Assembly (NCBI RefSeq): GCF_001194135.2
Contig: NC_068985.1
Location: 32,687,934-32,751,933 of the forward strand
Length of the DNA stretch: 64,000 bases
Origin: Octopus bimaculoides
Lineage: Eukaryota
Reading direction: 5' to 3'
Positions 36,574 to 50,303 of this stretch are shown in pieces. A program made the position numbers and the translations under genes. Each line of letters starts with the position of its first letter. The stretch's first letter is position 1. The notes beneath the pieces were generated by a model that was given only the letters and a program-made list of their open reading frames with translations, did no database searches and had not been told where the DNA came from.

Positions 36574-38110
36574 CAGTGTTTCCCAAACTTTTCATGCCAA
36601 ATTGCAATATCGCCCACCTAACGGCCAAAAAATGCTCCATTGCCCACCTGTGTAAAAAAAAAAACCCCTGACACAACCCCCAGCACAAAATCCCTTAGGA
36701 AAAATCCCCCTTGTATCATTTGACACACACACACACACTATATTGTACACTTGTTGCCCTGTTAGTACTGTTTGGACTAAATATGTGGTTGTTTATAAAT
36801 CCCTTATTGTGGGTTTAGTTTTGCTATTAGTGTGAATAAAATTCTAGTGTTAATTCCATATTATGCAGACAGATTAACTTCTGGAAACTTGCGTTTTCTT
36901 TTACACTGATTTTTATTTACCCCAAATGAATCATTGATCAGAACTACTGATGCAAAAATAAGTAATGATTGTATTATAAAGGAAAAGAATAAAACTTTTT
37001 TACTGAGAACCATGTGTTTGGTGCAATGCAGCTAGTGCAGATACATTCGGTTTCAAACTTGTCAATTTTAGCTGCAAGTCCCCTCGTTGTGTCACATCCA
37101 ATCTGTAGGCAACCTTATTTGAATCCAGTGCTGTCATGTTTTAATGAGAGTCATCTATAGTTATCTTCCCTGTCATATCATTAGCAACTAGGTGGCGCTC
37201 GTTACATAGCTATAAAAGATGCACACAGACAGGTAACATCGTCTTTCTCTCACACACTGCCTGCAGCTAGCTATGGTTTTCTCCATCTCTGTTCCTGCTA
37301 GAAGACAACTTCTCGTTGATTGAATTTTTTTACACCAGTCATGGAATATGGCAAGACGAAAACATTTCCTTATTCAAATTCCATTCTGTCCTTTGAATGT
37401 TAATGTACAAGCTGTGTAAACGCTCTCATCCCAGATTGGAATAAATCCCTCATGTACATGAAGTCTTCACAAATCTCACACGAGTTGTTGTTGTTCCTCA
37501 CTAGATTGATCCTAACAGCTATTGAAAGATGACTGAACATTATATTAAAATTAGTGGGCTAAAAACCTGCTAAAAGTCCAATTCTTTTATTGCAAAGTAA
37601 AGTTCCAACATGGTTAAATCCAGATTCAACCAGGTATGAGGTAGGGAGGTCAAGCAAAAGTAATATCAGATGTTTCCACAGATTGGGTAGGAATTCAATA
37701 TACTCTGATGGTACTACGAACCTTCTTTGCCATTACGATGATATCACAGTGTGGCATCATTGTCATTTTGTAATTCTATCAATTCCTCTTGAATGTCATC
37801 CTCACAATTGACTGCATCCACCTCGAACGGATTGGTATACCAATTTGGAATATTCAGTGCAATAACATCTTGAAATCACTCCACCATGTTATCGTGCAGT
37901 GATTGTAAATAGTTGCGATATGTAGTTAAATCCTCATCAACCAATTCATCTTTCAAAGAATCAAGTTGTGGAAATTGATGGAATTGATACTTTGAAATGT
38001 TAATCTTATACAACATCAATTTTGAAATGAAGGTAATGATAAATGATTTACAATCAATGAGAGTTTTTCTGTTTCCTTGCAATAACTTATTCAAATCATT
38101 TAATTTTATG
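36574..38110 (-). mobile_element. hAT (Buster/Charlie-like) transposon 3' remnant
   Basis: Terminal CAGTGTTTCCCAAAC at 36574; minus strand IKLNDLNKLLQG...FPQL...YLQSLHDNMVE*FQD...WYTNPFEV. Confidence 0.75.
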
Positions 38111-38114
38111 AGTG

Positions 38115-39330
38115 GCACTTCTTCACACAGCTCCCCTCGTCCATCCGCAGTACATGACCATACCAATGCAAGCGTCTCTTTTGCATGCCACATCTGATGC
38201 TTCTTATGTCTAACATTTCTCTTAGGGTACTTACACTCTGTTGTGTGTGCACACTGACATTACACATCTAGAAGATCATGCTAGCTTCATTTCTTTCAAG
38301 CCAACACATGTCTTCAGCAGTCATGGCCCATGTTTCACTACCGTGAAACATGGCAGTTCACACACATGCATCATACAATTTACCTTTCACTCTGAGCAAG
38401 AGGCCCTTTGTCACCAGTAGGGGTAGAAGCTTTCTGAACTTTGCCCAGGCTATTCTTATTCTAGTGGTAACACTCACTGAGCATTCACCTCCACTACAGA
38501 CTTGGTCACCTAGGTCGCGGAAGCTATCAACTACTTCTAGTTTCTGCCCCTGGCATGTGATGGAGTCTGTTTTCTGAGCATCTATGGTGTTAGGGTTAGG
38601 GTTAGGGTTGGGGTTTCTGCTGCACGTGAAAGCTATCTTCCTGGTTAATCTTCCTTTGATGTTGCTGTACCTCTTATGTGTCCATAGCTTACACTGGGTA
38701 CATCTTATGGAGTTTCTACCTACACCTTTTCTACAGATCGAGTAGGGCCACCTACCTGAAGGGGTGTGCAATGTGTTCACCTTCCTACTTACTAGAACTT
38801 TGGTCTTTGCAACATTGACTCTAAGGTCCTTCGATTCTAAATGTTGCTTCCACACTTGAAGTTTCTTCTCTAGTTCTGGTAGTGATTCTGCTCTGAGGGC
38901 CAGGTCATCAGCATAGAGGAGTTCCCAGGGGCAACCTGTCTTAAATTCTTGTGTTATTACCTGGGGCTGAGGGCTGATCCTTGGTGGAACTTACTTCTAC
39001 CCGGAATTTTTCATTATACTCATTTCCAATCCTAACCCCACTAACGACATCTCTGTATAGGGCCTGTAAAGCTCTTATTAACCATTCTTCAATTCCCAGT
39101 TTCCACATGGCCCACCAGATAAGGGATTGGACTGTCAAAGGCTTTCTCCAAGTCCACAAAATCCAAATATAGGGGTTTATCTTTGGCTAGGTATTTCTGC
39201 AGTTGCTGTACCAGGAATATAGCTTCTACCTGGCACAAAACCAAACTGCATCTCATCTAAGCAGATTCTCTCCCTAATTAGTTGAGTTATGATCCTCTCC
39301 ATGACCATCACCTGATTAGTTGGGCTATGA
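38115..39330 (-). mobile_element. RTE-type LINE RT fragment
   Basis: ORFs 38358-38855 and 38941-39159 are homologous to the 12.3-12.9 kb and 26.5-27.4 kb RT regions. Confidence 0.9.
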
Positions 39331-41559
39331 CCCTCCCCGTGATCAAATATACCAAAAATAATTTAATCCCAGTAGGCAAGGAAAACTTCTGTTCTCTTTC
39401 TTAGTCTATTAATAAACAGTTTTCTTTTTTTATCCAATATTTGTTTCATTAATTTTGACTAATGTTTTCCATATTTTGTGCAAAACTATCCAAAATCTTC
39501 ATCTGTACAATACATTTCCAAATTCTTTTCGTTAGTTTACCAACTTTCTCACTTCCTTCTCTTATCAAAATTTGCTTATTGTAGACAATTATGACTGCAG
39601 CTGTTGCAGCATGCAATCAATACATATATAATGAACTAAAGAGCCTTTTTGGTTTGTTACTTGAATGTATAGCAAAAACATTCCTAAATGAAATTCTGTG
39701 TCAAAAATGTTTTCTTTCTTTTCAATTGTGAGTTATTGAAATTAGAAATACAGTGTGCAAACTGAAGCTGGTATTTGGCAAATAGATTGGTGTAGATTAA
39801 TAGGAGATGAATGTGTAGAATATTGACAACCATATGGATATATTAAGTGTTTGAAAAATGAGGGGATATAGTATATCAGATTAGTAGTAGAGTTGAATTA
39901 GCTGAATGGATATGGTGTCAGCCTCATTGCTAAAAGGTTATGATATATATTACACGAAAGTAAAACAGATAGGTATTGAAAAAGAATGATTCAGACATAA
40001 CACTGAATTGATGGGAAGATGAGAACTTCATATTGTCTAATACAAGAATGAATAAATGAATCCATTTATGTGGAAAAACAGACAAAAATATACAGTGATT
40101 TAAACATTAGATGGCGGTGAGTTAAGATTAATGATTTTATTAATCATTAATAGTTTATTTGAAAACATTTCTGTTAATCATATTTTTAACATTTATTAAC
40201 ATGGTTAGTTTCCACCAAATTAACTTTTAATTTTCATTAGATTTTTGTTAGCAATATAGGGCATGTTAATGTAAAAGAATTGCTCTAAAAATATACAAGA
40301 TATCTAAATTTGCAAAAAAATAAACATTCCTTTTGTACTAGTATGGAAAAAGGATATAAAATAGTCTCAAAATACAAGGAAGTATCAAGTATGAAGTAGT
40401 ACACTCATTCTTGAATACTTTATATAATATTCTCAACCAACTTTAATATAAAGATAGTTAAAGAAACTAATGTAGTTATTAAAAATCTATATCACAGAAG
40501 CTAGGTTACAACAGCTATACTGTTTTACAAAATGTAGACAAGTTACATCTCATTAAATATAAGAACTATGGTGACATCACAATATGAAAGATGCTTTTGC
40601 ATCTTCGTGCATAGAAATGCCTTTTCCATACCCGATGTCAAGTCCTACTTAGAATAGAAATATCTTTCACTCAACAATCAAAATTTAGAACAATCTTCCA
40701 GAAGCTGCAATTTGAATCATCTCCATCAATGGTATCTAATTTTTCAGAAGTTACACATAAGTTAAAGCGAATCATAGAGGGTTTCTCCTTGTAACCTAAA
40801 TATCTAACGAGGCTATTGTTCAGAAAGTCATATATTATGCAAAAAAAAAAAAAGGAAAAAACCACATAGTTTGTATGGTTAAAATAAATGAACAAAATGT
40901 AGATTTTAATAGGCATTACAGGATCAGTTCAATTGAGATTCAGGCAAAATTTAATAGAATAAAATTTTATTACATGATTAAATAATGTAAGCAAATCTCT
41001 TGGGAATTGGTACTATATTTAGTAAAATTTAATAGAGAAATATTTTCTGATGATTCTTTTTTCAAACATATGTTGCAAAATGGTTTGAGATTAAAAAAAA
41101 ATATGAATATGACAAACATGAAATTGTTAAATAGTTGAATTTTCCTTTCATGGCACCAAGCAAATACATCAGTTACATGACTGCTCCTCAAAAAAAGAAA
41201 ACAAGTTAAAGCTGGAATGGATGAAACAGCTATATTAAAGGCAAAAGCAATAACTATACAAAATGTATAATAAATATTATAAATATTGTTTTAATTTATG
41301 CATAATTTATGTATTCTTGTTTTCAACCTGAATTTGTAATGACAATGTAAACTTCTTTTGATTAAGGTATCTTTTACATGTTGCTGCGTGGGCGCTTTTA
41401 TGTGGCACCATATGAGTACTTTTATGTGGTGTTGCATGGGTACTTTTATGTGACACTGCCACAAGTGCTTTACACCACCAGAAGGATCAGTTTTAACACT
41501 TCTGTTGTGAAGCACTGGTATCTCAGTCCTTTCTTATTTTGCCTAAAAGGATCAGCTTC

Positions 41560-42075
41560 CTGACATTGTTCTTTAGGACTTCCTCCCATGTCTTCCCGAG
41601 TCTCCCACTTCCATGTGTTCCATATACTTTGAGAAATCAGCACTTTTTTTATGTAGCTGTTGACATCCATTCACGTCACATGACCAAACCAGTACAGTCT
41701 TTTCTCTTGTACACAGCAACCAATTCCTCTTATGCCTAACTGCTCTCTCAGAACACTGGCACTCTGTCAAACATGTACACTTACATTATACATTCAGCGA
41801 AGCATACTAGCCCCATTCCTTTCTAACCTTTGCATGTCCTCTGCATTTAGAGCCCACTTCTCACTATCATGTAGAATTGCTGTCCACATACATGCATCAT
41901 ACAATGTTCCTTTCACTTGGAGAGAGAAACCTATTGTGGCCAACAGAGGTAAAAGCTTTCTGAATTTCCTTCATCCTATTCTTATTCTAGCTATCACACT
42001 CTCCATGCATCATCCATCACTACTTATTTGGTTCCCTAGGGAGCAGAAGTTATCTACTACCTCTAATGAGCCACC
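41560..42075 (-). mobile_element. RTE LINE 3' fragment
   Basis: Homologous to 8875-9465. Confidence 0.8.
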
Positions 42076-42457
42076 ATGGCATTTGAGAGAATTTCTTGAA
42101 TTTCTAAAATTTTTATAGATCCTGTGCATCTTCCATATACTAAAACTATCTTCTCTGATAACCTTCATATATATAAGTGTGTGTGTGTGTGTGTATACCC
42201 AAGTAAGCACATAAATGTGAAATAAGGTGGGAAAAAATAGTACTCAAATACTGGAGGTAGAGTAATATGCTTTATTATTAAAGCTGCAAAAACATCACAA
42301 AAATATCACAAAAACTGCTTATTAAATTATATTTATCTGTCACCAGATGTGTTGAAACAATTGTTGTGATTAATAAAAATTCTCGTATATGCCATCTTCT
42401 GTCTTTCCTTTACCATTACTGTTATATATATATATGTATATACTTTCATAACACACA

Positions 42458-42496
<39 letters not shown>

Positions 42497-42702
42497 AATG
42501 TATATGTATTTTTTCAATGTGTACAAATAACACAGAAAAAAATAAGCAAATAGTTACCAGGGTAACAAAAATTCACATAATTGCCAAGGATGATACAGCC
42601 TACTTATAAAGGTAGAAATTCCAGGGTTTAGTGAAATGTTTTTGTATAATATAGATAAATTAAGAAATGGAGTTAAATACAGGTATTATTCAAATCTTTA
42701 TA

Positions 42703-42790
42703 CTTCCGACATATGTTTCGAAGAAAACATTGGTATTATTCTTGAGGGAATAAAATGATGTAAAACAATGTAATCATCTCATCAGGGAAA
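42703..42790 (-). ncRNA. Type I hammerhead ribozyme motif, apparently intact
   Basis: Minus strand: UUCC-CUGAUGA-[stem II GAUGAUUACAUUG...CAAUGUUUUCUUC]-GAAAC-AUAU-GUC-GGAA. Stem I is UUCC/GGAA, stem III is the palindromic ACAUAUGU, and the predicted cleavage site is 3' of C at 42708. Confidence 0.75.
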
Positions 42791-43296
42791 AAAGAGATAC
42801 AAAACATTTTAACCGAATGTGATTACTGCGTATATGATGAAGGGAACACTGGCAAGTTATTTTCTAAAAAACCCTTAATAGATTTAACATCAAAAGCAAT
42901 TTAGAGAAAGAGAAGGAGGAGAAAGAAAGAAATTAACAGAAAATTAAGAGTGGAGAAATATAGTGCGATAGATGAGTGGAAATAAAGCTTAAAGGCATAT
43001 AAATAGATATATGTTGTGGAAATGAATTTTATCTGTCTTTTTACATTTCATTTCCACTACATATATCTATTTATATGCCTTTAAGCTTTACTTCCACTCA
43101 TCTATCACACTATATTTCTCCACTCTTAATTTTCTGTTAATTTCTTTCTTTCTCCTCCTTCTCTTTCTCTAAATTGCCTTTGACATTAAATCTATTAATG
43201 GTTTTTTAAAAAATAACTTGCCAGTGTTCCCTTCATCATATACGCGGTAATCACATTCAGTTAAAATGGCTTATTGATGTGTTTTGTTTCTCTTTT

Positions 43297-43382
43297 TTCC
43301 CTGATGAGATGATTACATTGTTTTACATCATTTTATTCCCTCAGGAATAATACCAATGTTTTCTTTGAAGCATATGTTGGAA
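43297..43382 (+). ncRNA. Mutated hammerhead copy in the right palindrome arm
   Basis: CUGAUGA is intact, but the core reads GAAGC-AUAU-GUU instead of GAAAC-AUAU-GUC. Confidence 0.65.
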
Positions 43383-43423
43383 GTATAAGGATTTGAATAA
43401 TATCTGCGTTTAACTCTATTTCT

Positions 43424-43426
<3 letters not shown>

Positions 43427-43484
<58 letters not shown>

Positions 43485-43504
43485 TCTCTCTGTTTGTTTG
43501 TCTG

Positions 43505-43578
<74 letters not shown>

Positions 43579-43580
43579 AT
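43427..43580. repeat. Compound microsatellite (CT)n / (CTAT)n
   Basis: Direct reading. Confidence 0.95.
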
Positions 43581-46149
43581 ACACCAGTTGAAAAAGGTGA
43601 CTTGGAAACTCTGGTTTGGAATGAGAGACCAATAGAATAAGTATCAGTCCTTAAAAAAAAAAAGAAGCACTGGGATAAGAAAGGTAAGATATATTCTTCA
43701 GTACTGAATACTCATACAAAATAAACCTGAATCAGCAATAAAACAATCTTGCAAATTGACTAAATACCCATTTCTTATTTAAATCTGCCCGACTATAAGG
43801 AAAGCTTTAAGTCTTTTTGAATAGGCAAGTCTTTGATCTCTGCTTCACAGGTCAGTAAAGACATCAGTACTTCAGGAGAAAATATGTTAACTGCATGTTT
43901 GCTGTCTAAACACAGCTGGATGGCATGCAATAAACTTTCTACTTTTCTCTACCTTTCTCTCTTTGACTTCCCACTCTTTTTTCCTTTTTGTGTCTCTTTT
44001 TCATGCTCCCTTCATGAAGAGAATAATAGAATATGCTTTTTCTTACAATGACTGAAAGGCAAGCAGAAAAAATTCTGCTTTCCACCACTTTTCTCTCTTT
44101 GACCTCCCACTCTTTTGCTTTTTTCTTTCATGCTCCCTCCACAAATGGAATAGAACAGGAAAGCAATTAATTCTCTGCTTTTCCTTCTTTTCTTGTTAAG
44201 CAAACAGGTCCTTCCTCTACTTACACTTCTTAAATAATATTGATTATTTATAATTTATACTAAGAAATGAAGAAATGGGTGATCTAGTCTTTTTCATTTG
44301 CAAAATGAGCCCCCTTTAATTTTGTTCAGATTGCTTTCAATTTTGGTGTATTGATGCAACTCTGAATTTTGATTATGATTAACCAATTACTTTATCTCAT
44401 AAATTAAAGGATCTGATGTTATTTGGAATTAAAGTTGAGAAATTTGGGCAATTTTAGCCAATCAACAGACAGCATGGCATTAGCAGCTTGTTACCATGAC
44501 AACTGCATGCTGTGTTGTGGGTCACTTCACTGTTGTTACATATTTTTCTGTGCTTTTGTGTGTTAGTATTTTTCAGTTGTTTTTCTGTGTTAGTATTTTT
44601 GCATATTGTTCATTTCATATATTTTTCATATATATTCAGGGACTCATTGATTCAAATAGCTGGATTTATGATTTCATTGGGTGAATTTTATTCATAAAAA
44701 TTTTAATCAAGAGTATTTCTTAAACCGTTAGCTTCATATTTCAACAGCTTAACTGAAATTTAGCCCATGTAACAGGAACTGAGAGGGATATTGTGGAACA
44801 GAGAAACTGTGGGTGATACAGCTAATTTGACATTATTTTTGAATTCTGCATACAAAAACATATAAGATACAGGTATTCTTTTCCTTGGGACAAATTCTTT
44901 GTTGACCAGTGTTATTCTTATCATAGTTTACAAATCCAAGCATGAGAACGTTACTCAACTTTGGAGTTTTAGAGGCAGGTGCCCAAAACTTCACACACAC
45001 ACACGCACGCACGCACACATGAATGCATAAATGTACATATAACTTATATATGAATACATACATCCACATGCACTTATATATTAATGATGTACACAAATAC
45101 ATGACAGGCATACATAATACTGAAATACGCATAAAGTAAACACGTGCAGACAAATATATTAATATAAGTAATTAAAGAAATAATTAAAAAATACACTCAA
45201 TGAAGAGACAAAAGAAACAGTAAGATGATACATGTTGATTTTATTAGGTATTTCTGTTTATTTAGAAACCTATAATGAACAGGTCATGTCACAGATGCTA
45301 AACTATAAATTTCACAGTGTACAACCTTAAAGTTGACACCGCTCCACTAAACGCAGAAAATTTTTGTCTCACTATTGACTAAAAATACAGTTTTTCCAAT
45401 TTTTAAACCTCTATAACTTTTTCCTCCAATTTTTTTCTCCACAACATCATACCTTCATAGCAACAAGACTAGAAGATTACATTATTATAACCAATTTTCA
45501 GATTTTTTACTTCTTTTTAAAAAATGCATATTTTGTGAATGAAAAAACTAGATCCGGAATGGGAAATACAAAAAAATATCATGAGTACAAGGATAAAATT
45601 ATTTATCCAAGAAAAAGAAGTAAGGCATGCAGTGCATATGTTGCATACATAGACCCTTCACCCCTGATATAAACATATATGTACACATACACACAAATAT
45701 TTTCATAGAAATAAATAGAAATGTGCAATAAAACAAACATTAAATAAAATAGGATATGATTAAAGGAAATAAACTATGAAAGATTACTAGTTAAGTTGAG
45801 ATTTGGTACTCCACAACCCTTTTCACTTAACTGTTTCTTAAATTGTGAGCAAGCATAACCAAAAGCACCAGTAAGCATCGTTTAGGATATTTGGTATTAG
45901 AAAACACCAACATTTTGAGAATAACCTTTTAAGTTTGTTGTAATCTCATAGTTTTAGTTTTAATAACATTCTATCTTTTACATGTTGTTGTATTCTGAAC
46001 TGTATTCTGTTGTTGTATTCTGTTTGTATGTCATAACTTTTTTGAGAAATCTTTGAGAATGATGAATCTCAGTTTATCTTCTCTTAATTTTCTTTGCTAT
46101 TTTCTTGAGAAGTTTCATTGCCATTTGGAAGAAATTGTCTCACCTTACC

Positions 46150-46900
46150 TGTTTTTGTTGTTTTATGCTGAGTCTCATCTTTCAGTGATTTTTTTAATGT
46201 TTTTCCTTTAATATATTCACTGACAGTTTGGAAATTTTCATCTGTGATTATTATTTCTTCTTCATTGAACAATGAAGGCATAGCACTACAAGGTGACAAC
46301 ATTAGGAGATGAGGTTATTGTTCACCTCTTTCTGATACTGATACTGAGTAAGGTATTTCACTTACCATCCCTAGAATTTTGGTTGAGATTCTCTGAAAAC
46401 TGGGGTCTATAGTTCTTTTTGATGCTGCTGTTATTTTCATTACTTGTGCTTAATTTTTCTTTTTTGCCTAATCTGCCAAGATCATTTAAGCATTCAGCTC
46501 TGAAGTGACTTTTACTCTGACAAATGTAGCAACTAGCTTTCTACCCAGCATCATTAATTGCACGTCCTTTGACAAATTACCTTCTACTAGAACGGTTTTA
46601 GTATGGTTCTGTGGCCTTTGGCTATCATTAGGACTTGCAACTTTGCTTTAACACCTTCTGATTACAGGTCACTTTTATTAACCTTGCCTTGACCACTCAT
46701 CCATACTGCGATACAAAAATCAAAACTACCCACAAATCATTTCTGATGTCTCTTATATGTAGATGCATGCTAAGAGTTGGCCCATTTACTTGAAAGATAC
46801 TTGCCACTTTTATCCACCTTTTAACAAATTTGCAGTGAGGCAGTACTTCTGTCTTCACCCAAATTTTCTTTTTTTACCATAACTTCCTTTGTCAAAGCCA
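46150..46900 (-). pseudogene. Decayed coding-like segment containing a CCHC zinc knuckle (gag-like remnant or disabled exon)
   Basis: FVKGRAINDAG*KASCYICQSKSHFRAECLND...NSRDG|gtaagt; in-frame stops upstream of the knuckle. Confidence 0.45.
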
Positions 46901-47312
46901 CCAGGTTGATTAAGACTGCTTGCCCTTTCCAACTGAGGGAAGGTGACTGGATTGTCCTGAATTGTCAATGCTCCCCAGTAGCATGGCCAGACAAACCAGG
47001 GATTTCTGGAATTTATCTATGAGTGCCAGTGTGAAAGTCCTTCAGAACACACCAGTTAGTTGATTTTCATTGATGCCCAGTGTTTCCCTGAGAATGTTGT
47101 GACTTTTCCTGTCATTAATCCTCTATAGAATGCCAACATGGAACTTCAACTACTTCATTGCTCAACTGGTGGAGAGCTACAAGCACTTGATGACATTCTG
47201 GATGCTAACTGCTAACAAAAATATTCTATTTTAAGATATTGTTTAAGTACCCTATTTTAATTATGTTTATTATAATTTAATGTAATATTGAAAGGAAAAC
47301 TATTTTGATATA

Positions 47313-48637
47313 TGAGGGGGGGTACCCAAAGGAAACTGGAATTTTGCAATATTATTTCATTCACTTAGTTTTACATGCTTATACTTTTATTGCCTTCAAA
47401 GTATTCACTATTTGAAGCAATGCATCAGTCCAGACACATTTTCCACTGTTCAGAGCAGTCCTGGAACTCTTGTGAAGTGATGCCTTTTAATGCCTCTGTT
47501 GTTTTTTTCTTCAACTCTTCTACATCTGCAAAGCGTTTTCCTTTCAGGACTTTTTCATTCAGGGTAACAAAAAAAAAAAGTTGCAGGGAACAAGCTCGGG
47601 GGAATAGGGAGGGTGGGTAAACAGGGTCATACCATTTTTGGTCAAAAACTGTCTCATACTCAAGGTGGTGTGTGCAGGTGCATTGATGTGATGAAACCAC
47701 CACTCTCCACTTTGCCAAAGGTCAGAGCATTTTCATCTCACCACATCTCACAAACACTTCAGAACTTCCAAGTAAAATGTCCGGTTAAGAGATTGACCAG
47801 AAGGAACAAATTCTGTGTGGACAATTCCTTTCACATCGATGAAACAATTCAGCATCATCTTGACATTGGACTTTGCTTGACACACTTTTTTGGGGAGTGG
47901 TAATATTGAATGCTTCCATTGACTTGATTGCTGCTTTGTTTCTAGGTCGTAGCCATAGCATCAGCTTTTATCACCAGTGATGACCTCCAGAAAAAGGTCC
48001 AGACAAACTTGCAACCGTTCTTTTAGTTCATGACATACATTCAGTTATGACTGCTTTTGATCTTCCATAAGTAAGCGAAGCACAAATTTTGCTGCAAATC
48101 TTTTCATTCCCAATTCCTCACTCAAAATTTGTTGGTAGGAGCTCCAGAACACACCATCATATCAACAGGTTTGTCAGTTGTTTGATGATGGTCCTACAAG
48201 ATCAGTTCATGAATTTTCATGATATTTTCATTTGTTAAGGAGGTTGACAGTTGCCCTGAATTAGGTTGGTCTTCAAGTAACAAGTGACCATTCCTAAAAT
48301 GTGAAAACCGCTTGTAAACTTGTATTTTGTTCATCGCAGTATCCTTGTAAGCTGTTTGAAGCATGGCAATTATTTCAGCTACCATTTTCTTCAGCAGAAA
48401 ACAGAATATCATGGAAGCATGCTGTTCCTTCACTTCAACCATCGCAAAAATCAATGAACAGGAGAGAAGCACTGCAAAACAATGACACACCACATGGCAG
48501 CACGACTCCAGTAGATACTGCTGGTCAGCAGTCTGATGCCCGAGGGTCGCATCAAGTGGCTTCTCATGGCAGAAGTCTGAACTATAATGGGCTTGTCCCA
48601 CAGGGAATGTTTCCATTTACTTTTGGGTAGCCCCTCC
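47313..48637 (-). mobile_element. Full-length (1325 bp) degenerate mariner element with TIRs and TA TSD
   Basis: ta|tgaggggggtacccaaaggaaactggaa ... ttccatttacttttgggtagcccctcc|ta; transposase fragments in ORFs 48194-48616 and 47425-47718. Confidence 0.9.
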
Positions 48638-48649
48638 TACTATTAAAAA

Positions 48650-48860
48650 TACTTAGGCATTGAGTTGATAGAATTGTTACCATGCTGGAAAAATGCTGAG
48701 GGACATTTCTTCCAACTTTATGTTCTGATTTCACATGCTACTGGGGTTGACTTTGCCTTTCATTCATAAAATAAATACCAGTTGAGCACTGATGGTTGAT
48801 GTAATTGACTTAACCATCCCCCAAAACTGCTGGCCTTGTGCCAAAATTTGAGATCAGTAT
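48650..48860 (+). mobile_element. SINE copy
   Basis: Same family as 6.7-8.1 kb; another copy at ~58660-58870. Confidence 0.65.
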
Positions 48861-49149
48861 ACTATTAAAAAAAACTTATATATCTTAATATAGTATTAAA
48901 AGAAACGAAACAAGCAAAATAAATAACAACCGATAAATAATGATTACTTTTAATTTACTGTATTTTAAAAAATGTATTTTCACTTTACTACTGAAAACCT
49001 TGAAGAGTCCTAAACTACCACAGCTCCAACCCACTTTCTCAGTATCAGTTTCTGCATTTTTCTTCATCTTTTTTGTTAGCTCTCATATTAGCTAATATTT
49101 TTTCACTGTCCCCTGCATCTATTCTGAGGGTTAGAAAACTGAAATATGC

Positions 49150-49189
<40 letters not shown>

Positions 49190-50029
49190 TCTCTGCCCCC
49201 TACTTGCATACTTCCTCTTTTCTTAGTTTGTGATTATAAAAGTTGATTTATTTTAATATCATTTGTATCACAGAATTCCAGTAGCCCTATAGTCTGCTTG
49301 TCACTCATATTGACTTCACTTTGAACTCCTAAAAATTTTCAACTTCTTTGATTTTGAAAACAATATGCTGACCATATCATTTGCCAACCTTCCACATCAT
49401 CTCTATTGTAATTATTTTACAAATTGCAAGGAGAAACGTTTTGATCATTGCTTCTTTGAAATACCCTTTGTAAGGGGTTTTTAGCACTGATAATCCATCA
49501 TAGTTTTCCCCATTCATCTCATGTTGACAAAGCATGAATGGATCAATGGTGTTTCTCTATTAATGATTTTTCTCTATTTACACCTTCCTCAGCCCACAAT
49601 ACAAATATTGCCTTGTCATTGTTAAATACATGTTTCTGAGGGAATTTCTACATCATTACTAAATCTGCTAGAAATAGCATCTAAATCTCCCTCAAATCAC
49701 ACCCTACTGTTTTAAAAAAGGAAGGACTCATTGGCCAATATAGCCTTAGATAAACAAAGAGATGGGATGGTCATGCATGGAACACCTTTGATCATAAGTC
49801 TGTTCAAATGGGACTGACCTCAAGCTAAACAGTAATAATAACAGAAATGCCCTTCTCCCACATTATATCTCACTATCATTTGTTTGTTATCCAAGCTTTA
49901 CTTTCCTCCAAAATGTCAGTCCAGCAAATACCTTTTTTACTAACATTTATATCTCTGACTACAAATATACATCTCATAGCATAATATGTAATATTACCCT
50001 GTCAATCCTCTCTATTGGATTGATCTTTT

Positions 50030-50260
50030 TACTTTTTTACTCTTTTACTTGTTTCAGTCATTTGACTGTGGCCATGCTGAAGCACCGCCTTTTAGTTGAG
50101 CAAATTGACACCAGGACTTATTCTTTGTAAGTCTAGTACTTATTCTATCAGGCTCTTTTGCCGAACTGCTAAGTTACGGGGACGTAAACACACCAGCTTC
50201 GGTTGTCAAGTGATGTTGGGGGGACAAATGCAGACATACAAACATATACANNNNNNNNNN

Positions 50261-50303
<43 letters not shown>

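Larger units (their letters stand above)
42659..43427. repeat. Long inverted repeat (arms 42659-43026 and 43047-43427, 20-nt spacer), probably inverted Penelope-type pLTRs
   Basis: Arms are reverse complements throughout, with scattered substitutions and one short insertion in the right arm. Confidence 0.93.

Noticed and set aside
39450-39620. Minus-strand coding-like stretch AVIIVYNKQILIREGSEKVGKLTKRIWK
   Set aside because: Short, weak splice signals, no recognisable family.
40615-40800. Open frames on both strands (KCLFHTRCQ...EGFSL* on plus; GYKEKPSMIRFNLC...FDC* on minus)
   Set aside because: Both have plausible acceptors but no homology or linked exons; cannot choose a strand.
41330-41480. 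Three ~24-bp spaced repeats (ttttatgtg...) superficially like a CRISPR array
   Set aside because: Degenerate internal repeats of a SINE-like family also seen at ~34 kb; eukaryotic context, no cas genes, no unique spacers.
43940-44200. ~150-bp imperfect pyrimidine-rich tandem duplication
   Set aside because: Low-complexity local duplication with no further structure.
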